NCBI GenBank assembly: GCA_016927325.1
Contig: JAFGMY010000156.1
Coordinates: forward strand, 36,415-100,414
Source of the DNA: Actinomycetota bacterium
Lineage (GTDB): Bacteria; Actinomycetota; Geothermincolia; Fen-727; Anoxymicrobiaceae
Length of the DNA stretch: 64,000 nucleotides
Direction: 5' to 3'
Part shown: positions 22,737-33,872 of the stretch, piece by piece
How positions within the stretch are numbered: the stretch's first letter is position 1
Layout of the letters: the number at the start of each line of letters is the position of its first letter
The notes under the pieces: generated by a model
Databases searched by the model: none
The model's input: only the letters and a program-made list of their open reading frames with translations
What the model was told of the DNA's origin: nothing
Translations under genes and position numbers: made by a program

Positions 22737-25220
22737 TTGATCAAAACGCCTGAAGAGTATGAACACAGACAAATTGAATCCAAGTGGAGAAAACGCTGGG
22801 ATGAGGAAAACCCTTATGAGGCGGTTGTCGATGAAGGACGTGAAAAGCGGTACATCCTGGCAATGTACCCCTACCCGAGCGGCAAAGCCCATATGGGACA
22901 TGTCGCCTGTTACACGCTGGGGGACGTCATTGCCAGGTATTATTTGAGCAAGGGATACAACGTACTCAATCCGATGGGGTATGACGCTTTCGGCCTTCCT
23001 GCTGAAAACGCCGCCATATCAGGCGGAATTCACCCTTCCGAGTGGACCCGGAACAACATTGGTCTTATAAGGGAAGACCTCAAACGCCTGGGCTACGCCT
23101 ACGACTGGTCGAGGGAGCTCTCCACCTGCGAGCCTCAATATTATAAATGGACGCAGTGGTTCTTTCTGAAAATGTTCGAAAGAGGGCTTGCCTACAAGAC
23201 AGACGCGGTGGCGAACTGGTGTCCATCGTGCGGGACGGTGCTTGCGAACGAGCAGGTGCTTTCTGACGGAACATGCGAGAGGTGCGAAACGGGTGTTCAA
23301 ACCAAATGGATCAACCAGTGGTTCTTTAAGATAACCGATTATGCCGAACGTCTGCTGGACGATATGAAGCTGCTTGAAGGATGGCCCGAAAGGGTACTGA
23401 CGATGCAGGAAAACTGGATCGGCAAGTCCCATGGAGCGGAGGTCGGATTCGAACTCGAGTCAACAAAAGAGCGGATCGGAATATATACCACAAGGCCTGA
23501 TACTCTGTACGGGGTTACGTTTTTCCTGCTGGCGCCCGAGCATCCGCTTGTAGACAGGCTGGCGGAGGAAAATGGCAAAACCGGGGAAGTCGATGAATTT
23601 CGCAGGATACTGCAGGGTACGAACAGGTTCGAGAGAACGTCACTTGAAGTTGAAAAGACAGGCGTTTTTCTGGGCGATTATGTGATTAATCCTGTTAACG
23701 GCGAAAGGGTGCCGGTATATACCGCGAATTTTGTCCTTTATGAATATGGAACCGGAGCAGTAATGGCGGTGCCCGCTCACGACCAGAGAGACTTTGAATT
23801 CGCACGGAAGTATGACTTGCCGATCAAGGTGGTGGTCCAGCCATCCGGTGAAACACTCGTTCCGGAGCGGATGACGGCTGCATATGAAGACGCCGGGGTC
23901 ATGGTTGATTCCGGCGGTTTCACCGGCATGGAGAGCGAGCCGGGGAAAGAAAAGGTATGCGAATATCTTGAACAGGAAGGCGCGGGCAAAAGGGCGGTCA
24001 ACTATAAGATCAGGGACTGGCTTGTTTCCAGGCAACGATACTGGGGCGCACCCATTCCGATAATCTACTGTGACAAGTGCGGCATTGTCCCCGTTCCGGA
24101 AGAAGACCTTCCGGTGATACTGCCCGAGGACCTCCGATTAGCCGAAGGAGGGAAATCGCCGCTGCCTTTCAGTGAATCGTTTTACGGGGTACAGTGTCCC
24201 CGCTGTGAAGGAGAAGCCAGACGTGAAACGGATACCATGGATACTTTTGTAGATTCTTCATGGTATTACTTCAGATATGCGAGCCCTCACGACGACTCGA
24301 TGCCCTTCGACCTTGATGAAGCAAGGTACTGGCTTCCGGTCGACCAGTATATCGGCGGAATAGAGCACGCGATACTCCACCTCATGTACTCGAGGTTCTT
24401 CACCAAGGTGCTTTTTGATATGGGCCTTATCGATTTTACCGAACCGTTCACTCGCCTTCTTTGTCAGGGAATGATAACCAAAGATGGTGCCAAGATGAGC
24501 AAATCCAAGGGAAATGTGGTTTCTCCAGGCGAGTATATGGACAAGCTGGGCGCCGATACATTACACCTTTACATCTTATTCATGGGTCCGCCTGAGATCT
24601 CGAAAGACTGGAACGACCGGGGCGTCGAGGGGGCGCACAGGTTTCTTGGAAGGGTCTGGAGGATGGTTCTGGACAGGTGCCTTCCGAGGTTGAATGAAGG
24701 CAGCGATGCTGACTGCGGCAGGGGGGCTCATCTGGAGATGCGCAGCCTGACGCATATGACGATCAAGAACGTAACCAGGGATATCGAGCAGTACGCTTTT
24801 AATACGGCGGTCAGTTTTATCATGGAACTCGTTAACGGGATATATGAGTATACCGGTGAAGACGCCGTTACGAGCCCGATGGTGGTTAGAGAAGCGATGG
24901 AGACCGCGATAAAGATACTATCGCCTTTTGCACCGTATATCACCGAAGAACTCTGGGAGAAAATAGGCCGCAAGGAAAGCGTCCATAAGGAACCATGGCC
25001 TGAATATGATGAAAACCTGGCAAAACCTCTGGAAATCACAGTTGTCGTTCAGGTCAACGGCAAGGTGCGTGATAAGATTGCGGCTCCGGCGGGAGTTCAC
25101 GAAGAAGAAATGAAAGCCCTCGCGCTGGGTTCCGAGAGTGTAAGAAAACATACCGCGGACAAGGAAATCAAGAAAGTCATAGTTGTTCCCGGAAAACTGG
25201 TTAATATAGTCGTTCAGTAA
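22737..25220 (+). CDS. leuS: leucyl-tRNA synthetase
   Basis: 827 aa; class I motifs HMGH (P..GKAHMGHV) and KMSKS; TTG start preceded by GGAGG. Confidence 0.95.
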   Translation: MIKTPEEYEHRQIESKWRKRWDEENPYEAVVDEGREKRYILAMYPYPSGKAHMGHVACYTLGDVIARYYLSKGYNVLNPMGYDAFGLPAENAAISGGIHPSEWTRNNIGLIREDLKRLGYAYDWSRELSTCEPQYYKWTQWFFLKMFERGLAYKTDAVANWCPSCGTVLANEQVLSDGTCERCETGVQTKWINQWFFKITDYAERLLDDMKLLEGWPERVLTMQENWIGKSHGAEVGFELESTKERIGIYTTRPDTLYGVTFFLLAPEHPLVDRLAEENGKTGEVDEFRRILQGTNRFERTSLEVEKTGVFLGDYVINPVNGERVPVYTANFVLYEYGTGAVMAVPAHDQRDFEFARKYDLPIKVVVQPSGETLVPERMTAAYEDAGVMVDSGGFTGMESEPGKEKVCEYLEQEGAGKRAVNYKIRDWLVSRQRYWGAPIPIIYCDKCGIVPVPEEDLPVILPEDLRLAEGGKSPLPFSESFYGVQCPRCEGEARRETDTMDTFVDSSWYYFRYASPHDDSMPFDLDEARYWLPVDQYIGGIEHAILHLMYSRFFTKVLFDMGLIDFTEPFTRLLCQGMITKDGAKMSKSKGNVVSPGEYMDKLGADTLHLYILFMGPPEISKDWNDRGVEGAHRFLGRVWRMVLDRCLPRLNEGSDADCGRGAHLEMRSLTHMTIKNVTRDIEQYAFNTAVSFIMELVNGIYEYTGEDAVTSPMVVREAMETAIKILSPFAPYITEELWEKIGRKESVHKEPWPEYDENLAKPLEITVVVQVNGKVRDKIAAPAGVHEEEMKALALGSESVRKHTADKEIKKVIVVPGKLVNIVVQ

Positions 25221-25312
25221 GACCCACCTTTGTGAATCCCGATAATCAGGATTGCCCGGCTTCATATATTTCTATTGATTGGCTTGTATTGCTATGTTAT
25301 TATTTCTAAGCT

Positions 25313-25957
25313 ATGCAAGCTAATCAACGTATTTTAACCGTTATCAAAGAGAAACTGGAAGAGCTTGCCCGTTCCGCTAAGGACTTAAGCAGGACGCAGA
25401 TGATGATATTAGCGGTCCTGATGTTCGCCCTGTTACTCAGCGCGGGCATAAATTACTACAAATCCAGGCCGGTTGAAATCAACGTGAAGAGTCCCGGTGA
25501 AAGCGCCTCGGAAAAAGAAAATATGAAAATAGCGGTTCATGTTACCGGTGAGGTGGTTAAACCCGGTTTGTATGAGGTTGAAGAAGGATCGCGTGTATCA
25601 GACGCTGTTAACAAGGCGGGAGGACCAACGCCGGGCGCCTCTCTTGAGAGCATTAACCTGGCGGCAAGGGTGAAGGATGGAACACAGATAATCGTGCCTC
25701 CTGTGGCGGTTGCGGTGGATGGCGCCGCCGAACAGGGTGGCACCGTTCAGCAAACGGCAAAAAGCAACCTTGTTAACATAAACAGTGCAGATGAGCATCA
25801 GCTTGATGAGCTTCCCGGCATAGGTCCGTCCTATGCGGCGAGAATTATTGAATATCGAAAAGAAAACGGCCCGTTTTCATCGATTGATGAACTTCAGAAT
25901 GTGAAGGGAATAGGGCCCAGAACGATTGAACAGATTGAAGGCCTGGTGACGTTGTAG
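25313..25957 (+). CDS. comEA: competence protein ComEA (SLBB + tandem helix-hairpin-helix DNA-binding)
   Basis: 214 aa; N-terminal TM; C-terminal LDELPGIGPSYAARIIEYRKENGPFSSIDELQNVKGIGPRTIE. Confidence 0.85.
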   Translation: MQANQRILTVIKEKLEELARSAKDLSRTQMMILAVLMFALLLSAGINYYKSRPVEINVKSPGESASEKENMKIAVHVTGEVVKPGLYEVEEGSRVSDAVNKAGGPTPGASLESINLAARVKDGTQIIVPPVAVAVDGAAEQGGTVQQTAKSNLVNINSADEHQLDELPGIGPSYAARIIEYRKENGPFSSIDELQNVKGIGPRTIEQIEGLVTL

Positions 25958-25958
25958 T

Positions 25959-28250
25959 GTGAGTGGCGCCCTGTTTATATTCTGCCTGCTGGTACTCTCT
26001 ACTGGTATTCTGCTGGGCAGATTCGCGGGGCCTGCGCTGATCGCAGCGACTATTATTCTGCCGGTCCTTTTGTATTTATACGCGGCACGGGCCGGAATCG
26101 ACTGCAAAAGAATCATCTTAATCGCTGTTCTATTTCTGGCTTGCGGCTCAATTATTTCTTCGTTCTCGTTCCAGGGTATGCGCAAAGCAGTTATCGGTGC
26201 TGTTATCGAGGACGGCAGTGAAGTTAGAGTAACGGGAACCGTGAAGTCGGAGCCTTATTTTACCGGTAATCGGGTGTCTTTTATTTTACAGTGCGAGCGT
26301 ATCGAGACGGAACGAAGGCAGTGGCGTTCATCCGAGCGCCTTAATGTTATGTCAAAAGCAGATGAGAATAACAGCAAGTTATTTCCAGGGATAAAAGTTA
26401 CCGTTGCGGGAAAAGTCTTGTATGAAAAAGAGAGTCCCGATTGGCTCGAGATCAGGGGAGCTGTAGCTGAAATTGACGCCGAAAGGGGATCTGTCTCGGT
26501 AACAGGTGGCGCGAACCTTGTCTCGAGGTGCATTGAGGGCATGAGCAAATGGCTGAATGATGGCATCGATTCGGTTTTTGGAGAAAGTGTCGCCGGTCTG
26601 GTCAAAGGTTATTCAATCGGCTCAAAAACTGATATTGACGGCGGTACACTTGACGACCTCGATAAATGCGGACTGTCACATATTGTGGCTGTTTCCGGAC
26701 TTCACATAGGGACAACCGCCCTGATTATTACCTGGCTGGTAAGTTTTGCGGGTTTCAGCAGAAGATCGGGGATAATAACGGCGGTTATTGTCGCTATATT
26801 AATAGTATCGATCTCGGGATTCAGGCCTTCGGCTGTCCGGTCGGCAATAATGGTTTTCGCGGCATTCGGCGGGGTGCTGGCGGGAAGGCGTTTCAATGGT
26901 TATTCCGGGCTGGGCATCGCAGGGATTGCAATACTGGGGTTGAATCCAAGAGCTCTTTTTGACCCTGGATTTCAATACTCGTTTGCAGCCGTCCTGGGAA
27001 TACTCACGGTAATCGGCAAGTTGCCTCCATATACATTTCCAAAACGCCTGACCGCTGTCTGGGCGGGAGCACAGGCCGGGCTGCTGCCGGTGTTGATAGC
27101 TCACTCAAAACAGGTTCCACTGGTGTCATTGCCGGCCAATATAGCGGTAGTACCTTTTCTAGGCCCAGCCGTACTCCTCAGCATATTGGCCGCGGGTGTT
27201 TCACATTTATCAGTTCACGCCGGCAAGTTGATTGCGTCGGCGCCTTCGCTTTATACACGGTTTGTAATACTGATTTCGAAAAGTTTCTCGGCGTTTCCCG
27301 AAGCGGCCTTTTCAAGGTTGCTTCCAGGCATTTCACTGCTAATTTTCGGATTTTCGCTCTACACAATGGTGTCAAAGCTTAAGAGGGGAGAAAGCATTAT
27401 GAAAGCATGCATTCTTATAATCTGCGCACTGCTCGTACTGGTGCTTCCCGGTTTTTTCTTATTCGGGCCCGGTGGCGGTAACCGGATAATCTTTTTTGAT
27501 GTCGGCCAGGGTGACTCGATACTGATACAGGATGAATCCGGGAAAACAGTCCTTGTCGATGGTGGGCCTGAAAGTGAAATAATAGTTGATAAGTTGAGAA
27601 TAAACGGCATCAGGAAACTTGACCTGGTAATATTGACCCATCCTCACCAGGACCATTCAGCCGGCCTTGTCGGCGTATTGAAGGAGTTCCCGGTCGGCCG
27701 GATACTTGTGCCGGGTGTTGAAGAAGAGCTACCCGGGAGTTGGGCCGATTTTACCCGTGAAGCCGTTAAGAACGGGATAATAAAAACGGTTGCCGAAGCA
27801 GGCCAGTGTATTGAGATATCGCCGGAGTGCAAGTTGAACGTGCTTTACCCTCTAGAGTCAACGGTATTTCATAAGGATGACTTGAATAATGGTTCAATCG
27901 TGATACTGTGCGAGCTTGAAGGTGTCAGGACGCTTTTAATGGGCGATCTGGAGATCGAAGGGCAGAAATTATTGATGAACCGTGACAGTGAACTGGACTG
28001 TGACGTATTGAAGGTTCCCCATCAGGGTTCCAGAGATGCTGCCTCAAAGGAATTTATTGATTGCTGCCGACCTGAACTGGCTGTGATATCGGTCGGAGAG
28101 GGCAACGAGTACGGGCATCCTTCAAAAATATTCACAGGCATGCTCCGAAGTGAAGGTGTAAAAACGTTTCGCACTGATAAAATGGGCGATATAGTAATGT
28201 CAATAGAGGAAGACGTGATTTCTGTTCAAACTGGCCGGAGTGGATTATGA
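25959..28250 (+). CDS. comEC: DNA internalisation competence protein ComEC/Rec2 (polytopic membrane domain + metallo-beta-lactamase domain)
   Basis: 763 aa; many TM helices; C-terminal MBL motif LTHPHQDHSAG; GTG start 1 nt after comEA stop. Confidence 0.85.
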   Translation: MSGALFIFCLLVLSTGILLGRFAGPALIAATIILPVLLYLYAARAGIDCKRIILIAVLFLACGSIISSFSFQGMRKAVIGAVIEDGSEVRVTGTVKSEPYFTGNRVSFILQCERIETERRQWRSSERLNVMSKADENNSKLFPGIKVTVAGKVLYEKESPDWLEIRGAVAEIDAERGSVSVTGGANLVSRCIEGMSKWLNDGIDSVFGESVAGLVKGYSIGSKTDIDGGTLDDLDKCGLSHIVAVSGLHIGTTALIITWLVSFAGFSRRSGIITAVIVAILIVSISGFRPSAVRSAIMVFAAFGGVLAGRRFNGYSGLGIAGIAILGLNPRALFDPGFQYSFAAVLGILTVIGKLPPYTFPKRLTAVWAGAQAGLLPVLIAHSKQVPLVSLPANIAVVPFLGPAVLLSILAAGVSHLSVHAGKLIASAPSLYTRFVILISKSFSAFPEAAFSRLLPGISLLIFGFSLYTMVSKLKRGESIMKACILIICALLVLVLPGFFLFGPGGGNRIIFFDVGQGDSILIQDESGKTVLVDGGPESEIIVDKLRINGIRKLDLVILTHPHQDHSAGLVGVLKEFPVGRILVPGVEEELPGSWADFTREAVKNGIIKTVAEAGQCIEISPECKLNVLYPLESTVFHKDDLNNGSIVILCELEGVRTLLMGDLEIEGQKLLMNRDSELDCDVLKVPHQGSRDAASKEFIDCCRPELAVISVGEGNEYGHPSKIFTGMLRSEGVKTFRTDKMGDIVMSIEEDVISVQTGRSGL

Positions 28251-29287
28251 CATATAAGAAAGCTAACAAGGTTGAAGATTTGAAATCCGTATACCTTATT
28301 TACGGTGACGAGGAGTACCTTGCAAAAGAAGCCCTGAAGAGGCTCCGGGGCTTATTCGAAGTGGAGGCGGGCGGAGACCTGGATACGGAGGTCATGGACG
28401 CACGCGAAGCGGGTGCCCGAAAGATAATCGACAGCGCGGAAATCTCGCCTATGATATCGGACAGGCGCCTCATGATAGTTTACGGGGTTGATAAACTTTC
28501 AAAATCGGAAAAAGACAAGATTATCAATTATATCGGCGAACCGAACCCGAAAACGGTTCTGGTTATGGTAACCACTTTTCCGGAAGCAGGGGAGAGCAGG
28601 GACGCGGGCAAGGTAAAAAGAATTGAAAGTTCCGCTATTTACAAGAAAGTGAAACAGGAAGGTGAAGCGCTGAAGTTTGCCCGGCCCGGAAAGGGCAGGC
28701 AAAAGAGCGTTGAGGACTGGGTCCGAAAAGAATTCAAGAAAAAAGGCAAAAAGGTTACGGAAGGAGCAGCCACGCTGCTGGTTCAAAGAGCCGGGACCGA
28801 CTTCAGGGATCTGGCTAATGTTATAGAACGGGTCTGTCTGTACGCTGGTGAAGAAACGACAGTTACTGACGAAATCGTTGAGGAGACTGTCTTTCAGTCC
28901 GCGTTCCACGGCGTTTTCGAACTGGTCGATTCGGTTGCGGAAAGAAGGCGGGACGTATCGCTTCTGCTCTTGAACCGCTTGATATCACAGGGTGAAAATC
29001 CCCAGAACCTGTTTAATCTTCTGGTGCGGCAATTCCGGATAATAGCCCGCGTAAAAGCGCTTTCGCACTCCTACGGAAGGCCTGAGATAGCTTCCATAGT
29101 CGGAGTACCTCCGTTCCTTGTCAGCAAGTGCGAGATGCAGGCGAGAAAGTATTCAACCGGGAAGCTCAGGGAAATATTCATTGAATTCAAGAACGCTCAG
29201 ATGGAAATGCACAGTGCGAAATATCTTCCCGGTGCGGAATACCAGTCCTTGATCATGGAAAAGTTGATAGTGGGGATAATTGGATAG
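28247..29287 (+). CDS. holA: DNA polymerase III delta subunit
   Basis: 346 aa; N-terminal YLIYGDEEYL clamp-loader delta pattern; conserved position after comEC as in Bacillus. Confidence 0.75.
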   Translation: MTYKKANKVEDLKSVYLIYGDEEYLAKEALKRLRGLFEVEAGGDLDTEVMDAREAGARKIIDSAEISPMISDRRLMIVYGVDKLSKSEKDKIINYIGEPNPKTVLVMVTTFPEAGESRDAGKVKRIESSAIYKKVKQEGEALKFARPGKGRQKSVEDWVRKEFKKKGKKVTEGAATLLVQRAGTDFRDLANVIERVCLYAGEETTVTDEIVEETVFQSAFHGVFELVDSVAERRRDVSLLLLNRLISQGENPQNLFNLLVRQFRIIARVKALSHSYGRPEIASIVGVPPFLVSKCEMQARKYSTGKLREIFIEFKNAQMEMHSAKYLPGAEYQSLIMEKLIVGIIG

Positions 29288-29293
29288 AGGTTC

Positions 29294-29557
29294 TTACTTC
29301 ATTTCGTCTATGGCCTTCGAAAGGCGGGATTTGGTATTAGCTGCCTTGTTCTTATGGATTACACCTTTGGAGACTGCTTTATCCAGCGCTTTTTGTGCTT
29401 CAATATAAGACTGCTTGACTTTTTCTTTGTCTCCCGCCTCGAATGTTGTCTCGAAGTTTTTCAGCGTTGTTTTGAGTGAGGACTTGACCGAACGGTTCCG
29501 TCCCCGCTGTTCCCTCGATTTTTTCATCCGTTTTACTTTGGATTTTATGTTGGGCAT
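29294..29557 (-). CDS. rpsT: 30S ribosomal protein S20
   Basis: MPNIKSKVKRMKKSREQRGRN... highly basic 87 aa S20 signature (ORF track extends 3 codons upstream). Confidence 0.9.
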   Translation of the reverse strand: MPNIKSKVKRMKKSREQRGRNRSVKSSLKTTLKNFETTFEAGDKEKVKQSYIEAQKALDKAVSKGVIHKNKAANTKSRLSKAIDEMK

Positions 29558-29743
29558 GTACTGCACCTCTTTATTAAGCTATGTTATCTGTGAAATAGAA
29601 ATTATCACGTGGGATTTTAGCACAGCTGAATATCGGTGTCGATAACAAATGTATCCGTGCTTGTGGAAAAAAGGTCCGAAAAGTGTCGGGAAAACCGCGG
29701 GCATTCGCACATACGATCACTGTTGTCGATAAATTGACGCACA

Positions 29744-31585
29744 ATGCCTTTTGTTATTATAGGGATTAAGGAGGTACTGGAACTGAACAGCGCGTTAATC
29801 AGAAATTTTTGCATAATTGCACATATAGACCACGGAAAGTCCACACTGGCCGACAGAATGCTCGAGCTGACCGGCGCCATAGAGGCCGGACACGCCAAAC
29901 CCCAGTTTCTGGACCGGATGGACCTGGAGAGGGAAAGAGGAATCACGATTAAGGCCCAGGCGGTCAGGCTGGAGTACCGGCGGGAAGGGTTGAAGTACCA
30001 GTTGAACCTGATAGATACACCCGGGCACGTTGATTTTAATTATGAGGTTTCAAGGACACTCGCGGCATGCGAGGGAGCGATTCTGCTGGTGGACGCGTCA
30101 CAGGGTGTAGAAGCTCAGACGATAGGAAACCTCCACCTTGCCATGGAGAGTGGTCTGGAGATCATTCCTGTAGTGAATAAAATCGATCTGCCATCGGCGG
30201 AGCCGGGGAAAACGGCGGACGAGATAGTGGATATCGTAGGAGTAAAACATGAAGAAGTATTATTCTGTTCGTCTAAAACGGGAGAGGGTGTTCCTGGGAT
30301 TCTGGAGCAAGTTATCGAAAGGGTGCCCTCACCTGAATGGAGTGGAGACGGCATGCTCCGGGCTCTTGTTTTCGACTCAAACTACGACCCTTACAGGGGC
30401 GTGGTGATATTCGTCAGAGTCATGTCCGGGAAGCTGGAAAGAGGGATGGAAGTAAAGATGATGGGAGCCGGCAGCGAAACCCATATCGAGGACCTCGGAT
30501 ACATGAATCCTGAAATGTTTCCATCAGATGTTCTGGAAAAAGGAGAGGTCGGTTTTGTAATAACCGGGATAAAGGATGTTTCAAAATTGCCGGTAGGTGA
30601 CACGCTGACTGAATCACTGAACATCGCGGGGACGGCGCTTCCGGGTTACAGGAGGCCGAAACCGGTGGTATTCGCCGGTCTGTACCCGGTTGAGAACAAC
30701 GATTACCAGCAACTGAGGGATGCTCTTTCAAAGCTGCAGCTCAATGATTCTTCTTTTTATTTCGACCCGGAGAATTCAAAAGCTCTCGGGTTCGGTTTCC
30801 GTTGCGGTTTCCTTGGGCTTCTTCACATGGAGATCGTCAGGGAGAGACTGGAAAGAGAATACGATCTGGACTTGATAATTACTTCCCCAAGTGTTGCGTA
30901 CAGGGTAAACTGCAAGGACGGCAGGAAACTCATCGTGGAAAATCCAACCGACATGCCCCCCTCAAGCGAGGTGGAAACGGTAGAGGAGCCCTACGTCGCA
31001 CTCCTGGTGGTTACTCCTGGTGACATGGTAGGGCCGGTCATGGAGCTTTCGCAGCGCAGAAGGGCGACCTATAAGGACATGGTTTATCTTTCCAGCAACA
31101 GGGTGGAGCTTTACTACAAGATGCCACTGATGGAAATGGTTTCGGGATTTTACGATCAACTGAAAAGCAATACTCGCGGTTTTGCTTCATTGGATTATGA
31201 ATTGACCGGTTTTGAAAAGGGCGACCTCGTAAGGCTTGATATTCTTGTCCATGGAGAACCTGTGGACGCTTTTTCACAGGTCGTTCCTAGGCAGAACGCT
31301 CAGGCAAGGGGCAGAGAACTGGCAAAGAAGTTAAAGACAATAATACCGAGACAGATGTTCCAGGTCGCGGTACAGGCGGCGATCGGCGGCCGGGTGATTG
31401 CAAGGGAAACGATTCCTCCACTGAAAAAAGATGTTACCTCAAAATGTTACGGCGGTGACATTACGAGAAAAAGGAAACTCTGGGAGAAGCAGAAGGCCGG
31501 TAAAAAAAGAATGAAAAGGGTAGGAAAGGTGGATATTCCACAGGAAGCTTTCATATCGATGATGAGTAATGAGGACGGTTCATAA
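29744..31585 (+). CDS. lepA: elongation factor 4 (LepA)
   Basis: IRNFCIIAHIDHGKSTLADR G1 motif, DTPGHVDF, NKID; true start may be CTG at 29783 after an internal AAGGAGG. Confidence 0.9.
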   Translation: MPFVIIGIKEVLELNSALIRNFCIIAHIDHGKSTLADRMLELTGAIEAGHAKPQFLDRMDLERERGITIKAQAVRLEYRREGLKYQLNLIDTPGHVDFNYEVSRTLAACEGAILLVDASQGVEAQTIGNLHLAMESGLEIIPVVNKIDLPSAEPGKTADEIVDIVGVKHEEVLFCSSKTGEGVPGILEQVIERVPSPEWSGDGMLRALVFDSNYDPYRGVVIFVRVMSGKLERGMEVKMMGAGSETHIEDLGYMNPEMFPSDVLEKGEVGFVITGIKDVSKLPVGDTLTESLNIAGTALPGYRRPKPVVFAGLYPVENNDYQQLRDALSKLQLNDSSFYFDPENSKALGFGFRCGFLGLLHMEIVRERLEREYDLDLIITSPSVAYRVNCKDGRKLIVENPTDMPPSSEVETVEEPYVALLVVTPGDMVGPVMELSQRRRATYKDMVYLSSNRVELYYKMPLMEMVSGFYDQLKSNTRGFASLDYELTGFEKGDLVRLDILVHGEPVDAFSQVVPRQNAQARGRELAKKLKTIIPRQMFQVAVQAAIGGRVIARETIPPLKKDVTSKCYGGDITRKRKLWEKQKAGKKRMKRVGKVDIPQEAFISMMSNEDGS

Positions 31586-31598
31586 ACGGGGGCAATAA

Positions 31599-31625
31599 TT
31601 AGCACTCGTTATAATGGAGTGCTAA
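31599..31625 (+). promoter_or_regulatory. CIRCE operator (HrcA binding site)
   Basis: TTAGCACTC-gttataatg-GAGTGCTAA, perfect 9-N9-9 inverted repeat 17 nt upstream of the hrcA start. Confidence 0.9.
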
Positions 31626-31641
31626 AATGTAATGCATCCGG

Positions 31642-32694
31642 ATGGTGTTTATTAAGATGTATTATTTGGAAATAGACGAAAGAAAAAAGTTAATACTGAG
31701 GGAAGTCGTTCAAAGGTTCATTCTGACGGGTAATCCTGTGGGATCCAAGGTGATAGCGCAGAGCGGAAAGCTCCACGTAAGTCCCGCAACGGTCAGAAAT
31801 GAAATGGCGGCCCTTGAGAAGATGGGGTTTCTGAAACAGCCGCATACATCCGCGGGCAGGGAGCCGACCAATATCGCTTACAGGTATTACGTTGATATTC
31901 TTCTCAGTCAGAAGCGGCCTTCGCATGGAGATGTGGAGGCGGCGGAGCAGTTGTTTGCGGTCAGGAATAAAGAAATCGAAGGCATGTTCAAGGAGGCTTC
32001 GATCCTCCTCTCCGAACTAACCAGAACCGCGGCCATGGTTTTTGCGCCGATTGAGATTACCCATATAGTCCACCGTATCGATCTTGTTCCATTGGATTAT
32101 ACTCACCTGGTGGTAATCGTAATTACATCGATGGGACAGGTGGGAAAGAGAATGATAGAACTGGACTTCAGTGCAGGCAGGGACAGTATCCAGGTGGTTT
32201 CTGAGTTCTTGAACGGGGAGATTTCGGGCACCGATATTTCAGGGCTGGACAAGGAGAAACTTCTCGATCAGAGCGGGTTTGAGGGTGAAACCAAAGATCT
32301 TGCGGCGGTAGTGCTTGAAGCACTTGCAAGTTGTCTGGATGTACTTGAAGAGAGGATTTTTGTTGGGGGTACCTCAAATATTGTAAGGGAAATGGACTGC
32401 GAAGGCCGCGAGTGGGTCCAGAGGCTTCTCGAGGCTATCGAAAAGCAGGATTTCATACTGGCTTTACTGAAGGACCTCGTTCAAATCAGAAGATTGACCG
32501 TAAGGATCGGTGAAGAAAATGAGATCCGGGAGTTGAAGAGGTGTGCCTTCGTTGGGACCAGTTATCCCGTTGCGAAGGGTATTTTCGGTTCTCTGGGTAT
32601 TGTAGGCCCGACATCGATGGATTATGCGCGGGCGATAGGGATCGTAGAATATATAGCTGAAAACCTGGGGCGAATACTGTATAGAGTGATGTAG
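31642..32694 (+). CDS. hrcA: heat-inducible transcription repressor HrcA
   Basis: 350 aa; N-terminal winged-helix ([12 protein letters not shown]), preceded by CIRCE. Confidence 0.85.
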   Translation: MVFIKMYYLEIDERKKLILREVVQRFILTGNPVGSKVIAQSGKLHVSPATVRNEMAALEKMGFLKQPHTSAGREPTNIAYRYYVDILLSQKRPSHGDVEAAEQLFAVRNKEIEGMFKEASILLSELTRTAAMVFAPIEITHIVHRIDLVPLDYTHLVVIVITSMGQVGKRMIELDFSAGRDSIQVVSEFLNGEISGTDISGLDKEKLLDQSGFEGETKDLAAVVLEALASCLDVLEERIFVGGTSNIVREMDCEGREWVQRLLEAIEKQDFILALLKDLVQIRRLTVRIGEENEIRELKRCAFVGTSYPVAKGIFGSLGIVGPTSMDYARAIGIVEYIAENLGRILYRVM

Positions 32695-32702
32695 ACAGTC
32701 AG

Positions 32703-33815
32703 GTGGATAAGATGCACAACGATATCAAGAAAGATCTGTATGAAATACTGGGAGTAAGCCGTTCGGCCAGCAAGGAAGATATCAAGGGCGCCTATAGAAG
32801 GAAAGCCCGTGAATGTCATCCCGATGTCGCGCATAACGACCCGGAAGGGGAGAGTAAGTTCAAGGAACTGACTTTTGCCTATGAGGTGCTGTCGGATCCG
32901 CAGAAGCGGAAAGACTACGACACCTGGGGCCTTGACGGGTTGAGGAGGGGAGCCGGTTCTGACTTTAGCGGATTCGGGAACGTCTCGGACCTGTTTGACG
33001 CGTTTTTTGGTGGAGGCTTCAGCGATCCGTTCGGCGGATTCAACTCCGGCAGGTCTCATGCCTCAAAAACCGTAAGGGCGGACGGGAGAGACCTCGAAAC
33101 CATCGTTACCATCGACCTCGAAGACGTAATGACCGGAATCGAAAAGGAAGTTGAGATCGAACGGCAGGCCACTTGCGCCGATTGTGACGGAGAGGGCATG
33201 AAACCTGGCACCAAGGCTGCAAGGTGTGATGTATGCAATGGGAGCGGTCATGTCAGGCAGGCGCAGAGGAGTCTACTGGGGGCGATATTGCGAACTCAGA
33301 CATGCCCGAACTGCCAGGGGAAAGGGGAGGTCTTCACGGATCCCTGTGAGGGGTGCGGCGGTGAGGGCTTGTCCTGGATCAAGGAGAAGGTCAGGGTAAA
33401 CGTACCGGCCGGGGTGGAAAGAGGAGACAGGCTCAGGATACAGGGAAATGGAGAAGGCGGCCGGTATGGCGGCAAGAACGGCGATCTCTATGTCGCTATA
33501 AATATAAATCCACATAAGCGGTTCACGAGGGAAGGAAGAAACCTGTATGTGACGCTGGCTGTCGAGATGGCGGACGCGGCACTGGGTGAGGAAATAGTCA
33601 TGAAGTCTTTGGATGGAGAGTTCAAGCTGAAGATTCCGCCCGGAACCCAGCACGGGGACGTAATAAAGGTGAAAGGGGAAGGATTGCCTCCCCGTCACGG
33701 CGGAAGAAGGGGAGAAATACTGGTTTCGGTGCAGGTTTCCATTCCCAGGAAACTTTCGGCGACTGAAAAGAGGCTGCTCCAGGAATTCAAAGACAGACGA
33801 AACAGGAAGAGATAG
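32703..33815 (+). CDS. dnaJ: chaperone DnaJ
   Basis: J domain ([31 protein letters not shown]), G/F-rich linker, four CxxCxGxG zinc-finger repeats. Confidence 0.9.
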   Translation: MDKMHNDIKKDLYEILGVSRSASKEDIKGAYRRKARECHPDVAHNDPEGESKFKELTFAYEVLSDPQKRKDYDTWGLDGLRRGAGSDFSGFGNVSDLFDAFFGGGFSDPFGGFNSGRSHASKTVRADGRDLETIVTIDLEDVMTGIEKEVEIERQATCADCDGEGMKPGTKAARCDVCNGSGHVRQAQRSLLGAILRTQTCPNCQGKGEVFTDPCEGCGGEGLSWIKEKVRVNVPAGVERGDRLRIQGNGEGGRYGGKNGDLYVAININPHKRFTREGRNLYVTLAVEMADAALGEEIVMKSLDGEFKLKIPPGTQHGDVIKVKGEGLPPRHGGRRGEILVSVQVSIPRKLSATEKRLLQEFKDRRNRKR

Positions 33816-33872
33816 GAAAGTGAAACCGAGGGTTTTCTCACGGGAATACTTTAAATAAGGCAGAAATTAAGA

